From positions 2,648 to 66,647 of IMG/VR virus record IMGVR_UViG_3300033047_000025: 64,000 nucleotides of DNA; one strand, given 5' to 3'. Below are positions 20,601 to 29,825 of this stretch, one piece after another. The translations under genes were made by a program, and so were the position numbers. The stretch comes from a virus. Below the pieces are notes generated by a model. The model was given only the letters and a program-made list of their open reading frames with translations, was not told the origin of the DNA and did not search any database. Positions within the stretch are counted from its first letter, which is position 1. Every line of letters begins with the position of its first letter.

Positions 20601-20745
20601 AACGTTGTTCGCCATGCAAACGAAGGGCTACATGATCGACGCAGCACTCGGCTCTCTTTCGTCTATCCCATCGCACCCCAACGCTGACGTGTCCGTAGGC
20701 TATGGAGCTTCCGATGGCACGGGCAGGCTGGAGCAACAGGCATGA
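17617..20745 (+). CDS. large virion protein with tandem SGNH/SASA-like (carbohydrate acetylesterase) domains
   Basis: Second domain: SGSQSQMLG, AVVGGSCL, QGESD, NGIHLT; first, degenerate domain: LFGDAHVRG, VWEGE; Ser/Thr/Gly-rich beta segments. Confidence 0.75.
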   Translation: MAKTHVYGLFGDAHVRGNSGSDAGSSPPVVLGPAEQILFFFGSHNLVAGTDENTTIEQTIAAAATDVRARVVAIPSASTVIVEPIVPSTTALYPAQLNAERRIMWSSTDAITFNRGAPQGLRVFSYTNSQLIEQLNDDELLKPTEDSVFWDPNARLARTVSIENFDGSGSEAVYPGDKLTASSGGDFLVVGVSNVDNAAKTATLHVANWNGSIANGDTLATDHTTPNQSWTGVSIVASTGIGAAQSAGSWVPHCASPSLGFTIEQLESDTVDVTVGSMWEVPPRGNGNINSTKSTSPQLGPDTKIVRNAIRTYENLESDDQGIRLVKFGSNETTLTDTGGLGGVTLQYVSVSSPSGTYTTGEVVTSDDAVPWSAKVAGYFGSILYVHTTNGEVLGASKTITGATSGVTSTSAGAAVGWQKGSSYWNAMAAERTSAEGATGFLHNGSAAKWERIFLMVWEGEVGPYSILYGADAAAGYAMSIEMTLTSQAARRAQWTTFAADLRALLDPSGGVSMHIRTWVHHSGSQSESMTPTLGLGVVSAATRANILELPSYVTNFSVVDSEQRGHLMESGRSASYGAGDTDTDLFLRTSDYIDLGQALWDGRSNRAITAPAGNLQILPIGVISGSQSQMLGTANYNSGVSGVAYIDRDPEKYASASFLAHGNTVIDTTDSNAVVFNFQEDELETWDVNLNENTFNIAATAIGTTGPCPPIVQRMKMRYGSGGTSGLFGLFKAVVGGSCLNPDIRVATGCWQPLLTSRPSTGPVSTVVTHVNNKAVFTAAGAFSTFGSADYTVVITGGALFQGAMGRNTVLHGINIASNITSNSFEIDDASGLIENGTETLTFTFGPPPLWPTMEAKWKLFVADCIQKGYIPRPVWLLQDQGESDMLEVSSYKQYLDEFWTAFEDLCDMRESTSDSDIAKCIVQVHKYSPFGNTPIADINTIRGLQSTKSSTLANCVLVDPTPLSLEVSADSPTPNISVPPWPRRYRLENGIHLTLFAMQTKGYMIDAALGSLSSIPSHPNADVSVGYGASDGTGRLEQQA

Positions 20746-21314
20746 CATCTGGAACACCAGGAGTAGGAAACATCGTTATCGAGGATGGTACTGGTTACGA
20801 CAACTCGGACAGCATCGCTTCGGTGACGTTTGCCGACACGTTCCTCCTAATTACTGACCCATCATCGATGTGGCATAACGTCTCGACTACAGACGTCATG
20901 AAGGGATCAGCTCTCCGAAAGGCAACCATGGAGTGGATGGAGGGTCAATACCAGGACTCTCTACGCGGAAGGATTTCTGTCCTGGACCAGTTTTTATCTA
21001 TGCCTAGAATTGGGTTGTTCGATGATTCTGGACGCACTGTCGGATCAGCAGAGATCCCTGTCAAAATGCAGCAAGCCATCGCGATGATTGCCCATGACAT
21101 CGTGATCAACAGTACTACTGTTCTACCTACAGGCGTACAAAGGTCTTCGTCGATCACTGAGGAGACCAGTAAGATTGGGCCTATGAGTAAAACCACCAGG
21201 TGGAATAATCAGGGTTCGGACACCGAATCGTCTCTTGTAGCTTATCTGGCTGCGGAGGCTCTATTCTATCCCTACATTGACAATGATGGTCTGAATACCG
21301 TGGTGTTGTCCTAG
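20742..21314 (+). CDS. head-tail adaptor (DnaT-like family)
   Basis: IVIEDGTG..NSDS.ASV.FAD, L.MPR and IPVKMQQA motifs. Confidence 0.8.
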   Translation: MTSGTPGVGNIVIEDGTGYDNSDSIASVTFADTFLLITDPSSMWHNVSTTDVMKGSALRKATMEWMEGQYQDSLRGRISVLDQFLSMPRIGLFDDSGRTVGSAEIPVKMQQAIAMIAHDIVINSTTVLPTGVQRSSSITEETSKIGPMSKTTRWNNQGSDTESSLVAYLAAEALFYPYIDNDGLNTVVLS

Positions 21315-21706
21315 TGGGATTCGGCACGGAAATGCAGCTAGCGGTGTTGGGTTTGATCCACGATACCGGAGGTTTCGGTCACAGGATCAGCGTAAAGTTC
21401 AACAGTCGCACGGCCAATGTGACCACTGGTAGTGTTGCCGTGTCTACGGTTACACAGGAGACCGTTGGCGCCGTAACTGGATCCATAGACATGGAGTCGT
21501 TCTTTGGGCATTCCACGCTTACCGCGATGTCCACTTCTGTCGTGCTTTCTCCCAGTGACATTTCGGACGTTCCTGAGCTTCACGACGAGATTGCGGTTGA
21601 GAGCGGCGTATATCTTCGCGTCCTTGATGTCAACAAGATCATCGCGCCAGATGATCTGACGTCATACCCAGTCATAGTGGCTTACGTTGTAGCCCTAGGA
21701 ACGTAA
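21314..21706 (+). CDS. head closure protein (putative)
   Basis: 130 aa, beta-rich, follows the adaptor. Confidence 0.6.
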   Translation: MGFGTEMQLAVLGLIHDTGGFGHRISVKFNSRTANVTTGSVAVSTVTQETVGAVTGSIDMESFFGHSTLTAMSTSVVLSPSDISDVPELHDEIAVESGVYLRVLDVNKIIAPDDLTSYPVIVAYVVALGT

Positions 21707-22239
21707 TGGGCGTCAACTCCCGTAACGCTAGCAAATACGAGAGGGAGCTTCGTAAGATGGCTCAGAATGTGGGCGATGTGATCATCATGCCTATCGTTCG
21801 TGAGGCTGTTGCAGACATCGTCGAGGTTGCCGCATCCCTGGCTCCGTACAATCTTGGGCATCTAAGGTCTGCCTTTACGGCCACAGTCAATGGATCAGGA
21901 CGACTCCCAGGTAGCGCCAACATTGACAAGATCCGAGCTACAGCAGTCAGAAACCTGAGACGTGCCCGGTTAAGCGACGTTATCACCGTCGAAAACCAGG
22001 TTCCATACTCTGAGACGTATGAGTACGGACTGTTCGAGCCGGCTACTCCTGAATATGCCAAGCTTGGTGGTAGTGAAGCTCGTCATGTTCCCAAGTCACG
22101 CAAGCACGAGAAGCTTGGAAAGGTTCTGATCGTCAGCGGTTTCAATGTAACTGCTCCGAACGGCATGGTGTCTGAAGCATTGCAGATCGTAAACTCCCGT
22201 ATCGCCGCAGGCAAGTACAAGCAGGGGTCATTCAAGTGA
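21706..22239 (+). CDS. neck/tail-completion protein (HK97 gp10-like)
   Basis: APYNLGHLRSAF, NQVPYSETYEYG and APNGMV motifs. Confidence 0.8.
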   Translation: MGVNSRNASKYERELRKMAQNVGDVIIMPIVREAVADIVEVAASLAPYNLGHLRSAFTATVNGSGRLPGSANIDKIRATAVRNLRRARLSDVITVENQVPYSETYEYGLFEPATPEYAKLGGSEARHVPKSRKHEKLGKVLIVSGFNVTAPNGMVSEALQIVNSRIAAGKYKQGSFK

Positions 22240-23081
22240 CAATCGCTGACGTGGAAAACTCTCTGCGTGTGGCTGCCTCCGTATGGGCGACAGCAAACAA
22301 CATCCAGTTCGAGTTTGATAACTCAGTGTCTGCTAGTGTGTCTAACCCGACCACGCCAATTCTCATGTGGGGGTTCAGCGAGATGTCCCGCGATCGAATC
22401 TCTAGTGCTCATGTCCTTGTTGAGGGGGAATGCCGTGGCACAATCCTGATACCTGTCACGCCAGACGACGGGACTAGCCAGCCTGTCAAGGAACATATTG
22501 AACTGGTTGAGTCCCTGCTGGATAATTTCCGTGGCAAGACGGACTCTAACGATACTTTTTCTCTAAGTGAATCCCGACTTGAGTATGGGTCCAACATAGG
22601 ATCGATGCGGGCCATTACCGCCGTGATCGAGTGGCAGTGGACAGATAATAGGTACGTGTCAGGATCAGTAACTGCACCACTGGCCACGAAAGGCGTCGAT
22701 AAGGCTTATGAGATTCTAAGGTCCGTATGGGGGTCAAGAGTTCAGTCCACAATATCGACCAATACATTCTTTGACGGCACTCCGGGGTTAGCTATTGCAC
22801 TACCGGCTTGCATATGTTCGTTCTCAGTACTCAAGGGGCGTTCCCTAGAGATGAACTCTACCAAGTCAACTGGACAAGTTAATGTCGACCTACATTACCC
22901 CCTAGGTACCGGCGTTACCTCTATGCAGTTGGATACTGAACTGATCATTCAGTCTTTCGATTCTATCGAAGGTGGTGGTGTAGTATTCGAGACCCCACAG
23001 GTCTCACGCATCGGCAGGACAACCGAGGAAACATGGCACGTAAATGTCCGCATGCCATTTACCTTTCAGGACATCTCATAA
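22236..23081 (+). CDS. tail terminator-like protein with two tandem domains
   Basis: Two roughly 135-aa units each with G-x-V-x-(I/L)-x-P-x-G-x-G pattern; position just before the tail tube. Confidence 0.7.
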   Translation: MTIADVENSLRVAASVWATANNIQFEFDNSVSASVSNPTTPILMWGFSEMSRDRISSAHVLVEGECRGTILIPVTPDDGTSQPVKEHIELVESLLDNFRGKTDSNDTFSLSESRLEYGSNIGSMRAITAVIEWQWTDNRYVSGSVTAPLATKGVDKAYEILRSVWGSRVQSTISTNTFFDGTPGLAIALPACICSFSVLKGRSLEMNSTKSTGQVNVDLHYPLGTGVTSMQLDTELIIQSFDSIEGGGVVFETPQVSRIGRTTEETWHVNVRMPFTFQDIS

Positions 23082-23084
23082 AAA

Positions 23085-24476
23085 ATGGCAACCATCAAGA
23101 AAAATGCAGGTCTTGGCTTTTACGTCGAGGCCGTCATCGGAACCTGCCCGACACTTTCCGCATCGAATCCCATTCGAGTCACTCGACTTGTCAGTGAAGA
23201 CCTAAACGCGAGCTTCTCGCGAGACGAATCCAATGAGGTTCGTGGCGATGCGCAGACTGCAGGATCTGTCATTACGGGGGTATCGGGGTCAGGATCGATA
23301 TCGATTCAGTACTCTATGGAGACCTATGATGACTTACTCGCCGGCCTACTGTTTGCCCACGGCACCGTAGATGGTGACGACGAGTTGTCAGGATGGGAGG
23401 GACCCGATAGTGGATTTGTTGCGAGCGGCGCTTCGGTACCGAACAACATGGGAACATGGGAACTGGCGGGTAACGTTCTGACTCTTGACACGGGTGACGT
23501 GGCTACGTTAGCGATCGCTGACGATGAGTATGTCCAGATTAGCGGTAGTGGAAACGCGAACCTTGACGGTGTCTGGCGCCAGGTATTCACTGGAGAGGAT
23601 GTCACACTTGAATCTCCGAACCCGACTCAAACGGTAGCTCAGTACACGGGTCTATCTGGAACCCTTACGACTACAGCTATGACCATTACGCCGCTAGACG
23701 GTGTATCGGCAAATGGAACCCAGGACCGCTCATTCGGGTTTGCCAGGTTCTACTCGGACTCGTCACTTGCCGGGGATAACTCGTCGAGCACTGTCAACCT
23801 GGCTAGCGCGTGCGACATCGCAATCTTCCGGGGCGGATTTATCACCTCCATGCAGCTTTCGGTCGCTCCTGGGCAAGCTGGCTGGACAGGCTCGTTCTCT
23901 GTGCTTCACGCCGGCGAGGAGAGTACTACAGTAGCCACCACTGTGGCTCAGACGCCTCTTTCGAGTTTCGTTATGCCTACGTGGGACGTGAGCGTGGCTC
24001 CGAACACCAATCCACTACCAGACGCTATCCTTGGTGTCTCGAACGTTAAGCTCCGAAAGATTGGGGTAGCCAACGGCGCGCGCATTGACCCTTTGTCGCT
24101 CAACTTGACGATCTCGAACAACTCATCTGAGGTATCGGCTCTTCGCAATAGGGGTGCATTTGCTATCATTCAGGGCACTACCAGTGCGACTGTCGACATG
24201 GAAGTCATCTATGAGGACAACCTTCTGCACACCTCAATGGAGGACGACGATGCGTATGAGATCGAGATTGCGGTCGTAGACTCGGACGACAAGTGTCAGC
24301 TTATCCGATTGCCAAAGTGCCGACTCACTTCCGAGCGACCGAACCCTGGCAAGAACGCTCCTATCGTCCAACGGTTGAGCTTCACGGCTGAGCCAGGTGG
24401 CACTGACTTCGAAGGAGTCGCTAACGCAAAGATGGTCGAGATTCTCCGGTTCTACACCCCGACAGCGTACAGCTAA
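23085..24476 (+). CDS. major tail tube protein
   Basis: ESNEVRGD motif, YDDLLAGLL, internal beta insert; position. Confidence 0.85.
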   Translation: MATIKKNAGLGFYVEAVIGTCPTLSASNPIRVTRLVSEDLNASFSRDESNEVRGDAQTAGSVITGVSGSGSISIQYSMETYDDLLAGLLFAHGTVDGDDELSGWEGPDSGFVASGASVPNNMGTWELAGNVLTLDTGDVATLAIADDEYVQISGSGNANLDGVWRQVFTGEDVTLESPNPTQTVAQYTGLSGTLTTTAMTITPLDGVSANGTQDRSFGFARFYSDSSLAGDNSSSTVNLASACDIAIFRGGFITSMQLSVAPGQAGWTGSFSVLHAGEESTTVATTVAQTPLSSFVMPTWDVSVAPNTNPLPDAILGVSNVKLRKIGVANGARIDPLSLNLTISNNSSEVSALRNRGAFAIIQGTTSATVDMEVIYEDNLLHTSMEDDDAYEIEIAVVDSDDKCQLIRLPKCRLTSERPNPGKNAPIVQRLSFTAEPGGTDFEGVANAKMVEILRFYTPTAYS

Positions 24477-24597
24477 CAAGACGGAGAACGCTTCTCCAGA
24501 TAACCGATTAGACCGCCCTGGCGAACAGCGAAAGCTGTCGCTGGGTCGTTTCTATGGGTTAGCCATGGATTGCCCCGGCAGAGATAGGATCTGAGGG

Positions 24598-25035
24598 ATG
24601 CAACCCCAGCTATTCAAGTCACTACGCACGGACCCGAAGAAGACCGAAGAGGGCATCTGGTTCACCAACCTAGAGTCGGGCGATAAGCTCCGCATTCGCC
24701 CCCTGATGTGCTCTCAGCAGATCAAGGCCTATATCGAGGCTCTCGACGATTACGTCGACCAGCGCGGCGAGGATAAGCGTGAGAGCGAAGGTGCTGAGAA
24801 GCACGCCGAGGCGTTCTCCACTGCAGTCGGCCAGATTACCGACTGGAACCTTAAGGACTACCCAGACACCAAGTATGACCCGGCTCGGATGGCTGCGGCC
24901 CTGGCTGACCCGGAGCTTGAGGATCTTCGCATCTGGATTCGTTCTTGCAGCCTGCGGAAGAGCAAGTTCCGCCCAGAGGTGGTCGCGGGAAAGTCAGTGA
25001 GTACCTCCGATGGTGGAGGGTCAACGGCAGAGTGA
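24598..25035 (+). CDS. tail assembly chaperone (gpG-like)
   Basis: LRTDPKKTEEGIW start; slippery GGGAAAG at 24987-24993. Confidence 0.85.
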   Translation: MQPQLFKSLRTDPKKTEEGIWFTNLESGDKLRIRPLMCSQQIKAYIEALDDYVDQRGEDKRESEGAEKHAEAFSTAVGQITDWNLKDYPDTKYDPARMAAALADPELEDLRIWIRSCSLRKSKFRPEVVAGKSVSTSDGGGSTAE

Positions 25036-25331
25036 TTGAACAGATGGAGCAGCGGGAGAAGATGAACGAGACGCGCGAGCGTAAAGGCATGCCACCTCTC
25101 CGCATGCACTCGTCATGGACCGACCGCCCGAAGATGAACCCTGCCGAGTGGTCTATCTTCGTTGACTTCACGAGCTTCTCATCATTGTGTGGCGGCGAGA
25201 TTACCCCCCAAGCATTGTCTGCGTGGTTCGATATGAACCGCGTGAACGATGACGACCGCGACTGGATGATAAAGGTGTATACAAGGCTGTCTTCAGTTAT
25301 CAGGGAGCCGGCGCAGGAATCTGAGCAGTAG
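24987..25331 (+). CDS. tail assembly chaperone gpGT-like extension made by -1 frameshift
   Basis: The -1 frame is open from the G GGA AAG site to TAG at 25331, just before the tape measure gene. Confidence 0.8.
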   Translation, partial: GKVSEYLRWWRVNGRVIEQMEQREKMNETRERKGMPPLRMHSSWTDRPKMNPAEWSIFVDFTSFSSLCGGEITPQALSAWFDMNRVNDDDRDWMIKVYTRLSSVIREPAQESEQ

Positions 25332-25340
25332 GGTAATCGA

Positions 25341-28300
25341 ATGGGACTGAAGATTGTACTCGACACCAGGGAAGCCTCGCGGAACGCGGACGAGTTTGCA
25401 AAGGCTATCGCTCGCGTAGCTCAGGCTACCGGGCTCGCAGGCAAGTCAGCCGACGAGCTTATGCGCCTGACTGCGAAGATGTCGAGACGGTTCGGTCGTA
25501 TCGGTTCTAGCGCGGATAAAGCCGGTTCGTCTGTCGCAACGATGGGCCAGAACATGGGTATGGCCTCGGCAAAGATCGGCAAGTTCGGCGACGTAAGCGG
25601 CCGAGCTGTCGGAAACACAGACAAGCTATCCAAGAGTGTCAAGCGGCTCGCCTTGGGTTTCATCGGCCTCAGGACCATCACTGCGTCAGTGTCTACCTTA
25701 GCGAAGCTTGAGCAAGGCATCGTCACCCTAGGCACTGTGACGGGCAAGACTGGTAAGGAACTCAAGGAGCTTCAGAGGATATCCGTAGGCGTAGCGCAGG
25801 CTACAAAGTTCACGCCCACGGAGGCCATCGCAGCTCTACTGGAGCTTAGCCGTGCAGGCCAGAGTGCCTCGGTAGCAGCAAAGTCCCTTAAGAGCGTTGC
25901 AGACCTTGCCGCTGCCGGCGTGCTTGACTTGGGTAGCGCCGCAGGTTTAGTGGCCGCGTCGATGGCCCAGTTTAACAAGCAGGGACTCGGTGCTGCTGAG
26001 GCGGCTGGTATCCTTGTAGCTGTTGCAGACCGGACGAAGTCCACGGTAGCATCGCTCGGATCAGCACTCTCGCAAGCTGGTCAGGCTGCCGCGTCATTCA
26101 ACATTGACATGACTCAGGCTACGGCAGCCTTGGGTGTATTGCAGACGGCTGGTGTCCAAGCTTCTCGTACTGGTCGTTCGTTGAAGACGATCCTCACATC
26201 ACTAGTCGTCAATGTGAAAACAGAGAAAGGCAAGAACGCTCTTGACGTTCTAGGACTTTCTGCCGAAGACCTGACAGCTAAAGAGGGTGACCTCATCGGC
26301 ATGCTGAAGAGGCTTAGAGGTGCCCTCCTCAACTTGTCTGATACCCAGCAGGTCGATGTTCTAAACACATTAGTTGGCAAGGATTTCCTTGCGAACCTTG
26401 CGACTCTATCTAACGATGTAGAGGACATCGAAGCAATCGTCGGCAAGACTAGGGAGGCTCTCGCCTCAGATGAGCTTGGCAGCAAAGCCGCCATTCAGAA
26501 CGAGACGCTGTCCGGCTCTATCAAGGATGTGTCTGCTGCCTACCAAGAGATGCTACTTGTCGTGGGTGACGGTGGTGCTACTGGAGCAATGAAGGGGTTC
26601 TTCCGGTCGTTAGCCGACGCGGTTAGAATCCTAGGTGGTGTGGATGGCGCCATGGGGAAAGCATCCACATCAGCCAAGGCGTTTGCGTCCGTAATGAAGG
26701 GTATCGGTGCAGCACTGGCACTCAGGGCCATCATCTCAGTGGGCGCTAGCGCACTCGGAACTCTACTAGGAATAAAGCGCGCAATGATGGGTGTGGCCAC
26801 AGCTCAAGGTGCGGTCAGCAGGTCCTCCCCTTGGGGACTTATCACTATTGGTATCACTGCAGCTATTTTCGCTCTTGATAAACTCAGTGAGAAGGAGAGA
26901 GAGAGAGCTGAGAGGCAAAAGGAGGCGAAGCGTGAGGCTGATTCTGCACAAACAATTGGAGCTAGGGTAGCAGAAGCTGTTGAGACGCGCGCCTTCTCAG
27001 TTACAAGGAGAGGGCATGAGCGTCTCGGGCCTGAAAAGTCTAACTTACTGCAAGGGTCTGATATAGAAACCGGAAGGCAAGGCCTAGAATCTCTAGTAAG
27101 CAGGTTCAAGGATGAGAGGGATAAAACCAAGTCTCTCTCAGCGGATCTAATAAATAACCTACGTAGGTTTATGACCTCAGAGCAGAAGGTCATAATCGAC
27201 AACGCTAGAGAGGCTGCAAAGAGGGTCGCTACACTAATCAAACAGGCAAGGGATACAGCATCTAAGGGTATTGGGAAATCTTTAAGTGGTGCGAATGGAG
27301 CTGGCAGGAAGCGCTATGCCGATGCGTTGAAAGAAATTGAGAGGCTGGAAAGCATTCCTAAGTTCAACGTTCCTAGAGAGTTTGAGGTACAGCTCGTCAA
27401 GCAGGCGGAGGACGCGCTGGCACTAGCCGAATCAAACCTAAAGAAGAGCCGCGATAAGAATAGGATATCAGGAGAAGAAGTCAAACCAAAATCGGAAGCG
27501 GCAAAGTCCCTGGGCATCGACCTAGAGATCGAGAAGGCCACCATCAAGCTTAGGGATTTCCGGCGTCAGTTCAAAGAAGCCGTGGCGGACCAGACTAAGT
27601 CGTTCGTCCTTAAGGTCGGTACTCCTACGCCAGAAGAACTCAAAAAGCTTATCGGTGACGTGAATGTCCAGCTCGCCGAGATACGGGGTGCCGACTTCGA
27701 TCAGGATCCTGATCTTGCAAACCTGACTCGAAAGATATCCGACTTGAAGGTCGATGAAATTGCATCACTAGAAAAAGCTAGAACCCTAAAGAAGATCGCC
27801 AGGGATCTCGATACAGAATCCAGAGCCCAGGGAAGGAAGGGTGATGCTGCGAAGATCGCTGCTGAGAAGAAGGTAAAGAAAGAGCTGATGGATCAGCTAG
27901 CTATCCGCAAGAAGATGGCAAAGTTCAGCCTTGCCACGGACCTAAAGAAGGTCACAGACGGTTTTGGTGACGACCTTCGTGAGCAAGCAGAAGCCGCAAT
28001 CTCAAAGTTCAACGATGCTCGCAATGCTGGTTTTAACGAGGAGGAGTCTCGCAGATTCGGGCTAGACGCCGCTGACAGCGTAAGTATCGTACAGGCCGAA
28101 GAGGCCGCATCGGACCTTCGATCTGAGAAGTTCAGAATACTTATCGATGAGTTCAATGACAGGAGGCAAACTCTTGAGCGTATAGGTTTACAGTTTGGTA
28201 ACAGTTTCTCGCAGGCCTTGCTTTCTTTGGCGAACAATTCAAAGTCAGCCAAGGAAGCTTTTGGAGATATGGCAAAGACTATCATCGCCCAGATTATCCG

Positions 28301-28778
28301 GATACAAGCAGCCAAGGGCTTCGCCTCTCTGTTCTCGTTTGCGGCTGGCCCGAAGCCGGTAGAGGAATCCGCCACGACAGAAAGCGGAATCAGCAGCCTG
28401 ATCCCAAACCTCATGTCATGGTTAGGGTCTTTCGGCGGAGGGGCGACAGGCAATCAGATGGGGGGACTCATCCCAGCCCAACAGGGGCGTATCATTTCCA
28501 GTCCGACCGTCTTGCGACGCGGGGGTAAGAACTTCTCCGTCTCGGAGGGCGGTGGATCCACTCCTGAGGGCGTATTTCCCTTGACCAAGAACGCCAGGGG
28601 TCAATTGTCGATCAACGCTGTGGGGGCTAGTGGCGGGACCTACAACCTGTCGTTCCCAGGTATTCGCAACTCCGCCGACGCAAAAGCAGCCAAGCGAACT
28701 ATCGGACAGACTGTCGGCGCGTTGATCGCCTCCAGTGAATCCAAGAAGAACAGGATGGGCATGAGGCCGAAGAAGTAA
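25341..28778 (+). CDS. tape measure protein (TP901-like core)
   Basis: 1145 aa, Ala-rich helical; ATKFTPTEAIAALLELSRAG. Confidence 0.95.
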   Translation: MGLKIVLDTREASRNADEFAKAIARVAQATGLAGKSADELMRLTAKMSRRFGRIGSSADKAGSSVATMGQNMGMASAKIGKFGDVSGRAVGNTDKLSKSVKRLALGFIGLRTITASVSTLAKLEQGIVTLGTVTGKTGKELKELQRISVGVAQATKFTPTEAIAALLELSRAGQSASVAAKSLKSVADLAAAGVLDLGSAAGLVAASMAQFNKQGLGAAEAAGILVAVADRTKSTVASLGSALSQAGQAAASFNIDMTQATAALGVLQTAGVQASRTGRSLKTILTSLVVNVKTEKGKNALDVLGLSAEDLTAKEGDLIGMLKRLRGALLNLSDTQQVDVLNTLVGKDFLANLATLSNDVEDIEAIVGKTREALASDELGSKAAIQNETLSGSIKDVSAAYQEMLLVVGDGGATGAMKGFFRSLADAVRILGGVDGAMGKASTSAKAFASVMKGIGAALALRAIISVGASALGTLLGIKRAMMGVATAQGAVSRSSPWGLITIGITAAIFALDKLSEKERERAERQKEAKREADSAQTIGARVAEAVETRAFSVTRRGHERLGPEKSNLLQGSDIETGRQGLESLVSRFKDERDKTKSLSADLINNLRRFMTSEQKVIIDNAREAAKRVATLIKQARDTASKGIGKSLSGANGAGRKRYADALKEIERLESIPKFNVPREFEVQLVKQAEDALALAESNLKKSRDKNRISGEEVKPKSEAAKSLGIDLEIEKATIKLRDFRRQFKEAVADQTKSFVLKVGTPTPEELKKLIGDVNVQLAEIRGADFDQDPDLANLTRKISDLKVDEIASLEKARTLKKIARDLDTESRAQGRKGDAAKIAAEKKVKKELMDQLAIRKKMAKFSLATDLKKVTDGFGDDLREQAEAAISKFNDARNAGFNEEESRRFGLDAADSVSIVQAEEAASDLRSEKFRILIDEFNDRRQTLERIGLQFGNSFSQALLSLANNSKSAKEAFGDMAKTIIAQIIRIQAAKGFASLFSFAAGPKPVEESATTESGISSLIPNLMSWLGSFGGGATGNQMGGLIPAQQGRIISSPTVLRRGGKNFSVSEGGGSTPEGVFPLTKNARGQLSINAVGASGGTYNLSFPGIRNSADAKAAKRTIGQTVGALIASSESKKNRMGMRPKK

Positions 28779-29824
28779 TGACAGTATCTTGGGACAACGT
28801 AATTCTCGATCCGATCTACTCGTACGGCTTCACTGGTGGACCTGGATTCGGGACCCGAGTAGTGCAGACTGACGGTGGCGGGGAAGAGCGCGTCCAGATC
28901 CTGGCTGAGCCTATCTGGTCCTGGTCTGCCGAGAGGGAGAACGTGGGCGCCCTGGCTGACGTGAATGGCCTGAGGGACTTCTTCCTGGCGAGGCGCGGTG
29001 CGCTGTACGGGTTCCTGTTTGTTGACCCAGTGGACTTCTCCACTGGGTCGGACGGTACAGGAGCCCCATCGCAGCTCGACGAAGTCGTAGGGTACGGCGA
29101 CGGCACGACCACCACGTTCACGATGCGTAAGACCTACGTCGACCCTGGTGGGCAGACCAGCAGGGACTACGCCAGGAGGATCATCCCGATCACAGGCACT
29201 GCGACGGCGGCGATGGCTGCGCTGTTTCCCGGTGTGTCCACGGGGGACTCGATCAACCCGGTCGTGTGGGTCAACGGAGTCCTCCAAGTGTTCGGGACTG
29301 ACTACGCCATATCTGCGGCAGGCAAGATAATCTTCGCCACTGCTCCAGCGGAAACATACCAGATTATCGCCGGTTGCTACTTCACTACGCCCGTCAGGTT
29401 CTCAGAGGACACCGACATCGCCTTTGACATGACGGCTGACTCGTTCCAAGGTGACTCCGCATCATACGGCATCGTATCGCTTCCCTATGATGAGGAGGTT
29501 CCAGTGATTCCCGGCTCTACTGAGTATGGTTTTGTAGATTGGTCTGCGTCCACCAAGAGCCTGGACTCCCTGGAGTCCCACTGGTACAGATACACCGGAT
29601 CCACGGTGACCACCGCATACCTCCCATCGACTGGGTACTACCCCCTTGGAGGGCCTCACTTCCGAATCATCAACGATGGAACTTCGTCCGGCGTTATCAC
29701 TCTCAAGGACTCGTCAGGAGACACCATCTCCACTATAGATACCACTGAGGCAGCGGTAGTCTACATCAGGGAAAACGAAGCCGGTGCTAGAGTTCCTGCT
29801 GTAGTGAAATACAACAAGGTGTAG
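28778..29824 (+). CDS. GTA-like distal tail protein (DUF2460/TIGR02217-like) with C-terminal extension
   Basis: YGFTGGPGFGT, FFLARRGALYGFLFVDP, GDGTTTTF and F.TPVRF motifs. Confidence 0.88.
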   Translation: MTVSWDNVILDPIYSYGFTGGPGFGTRVVQTDGGGEERVQILAEPIWSWSAERENVGALADVNGLRDFFLARRGALYGFLFVDPVDFSTGSDGTGAPSQLDEVVGYGDGTTTTFTMRKTYVDPGGQTSRDYARRIIPITGTATAAMAALFPGVSTGDSINPVVWVNGVLQVFGTDYAISAAGKIIFATAPAETYQIIAGCYFTTPVRFSEDTDIAFDMTADSFQGDSASYGIVSLPYDEEVPVIPGSTEYGFVDWSASTKSLDSLESHWYRYTGSTVTTAYLPSTGYYPLGGPHFRIINDGTSSGVITLKDSSGDTISTIDTTEAAVVYIRENEAGARVPAVVKYNKV

Positions 29825-29825
29825 A

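Noticed and set aside
25421-29287. Numerous 60-215 aa antisense ORFs over the tape measure and tail genes (and similar ones elsewhere)
   Set aside because: They are shadows of strongly supported genes on the opposite strand and have no motifs of their own.
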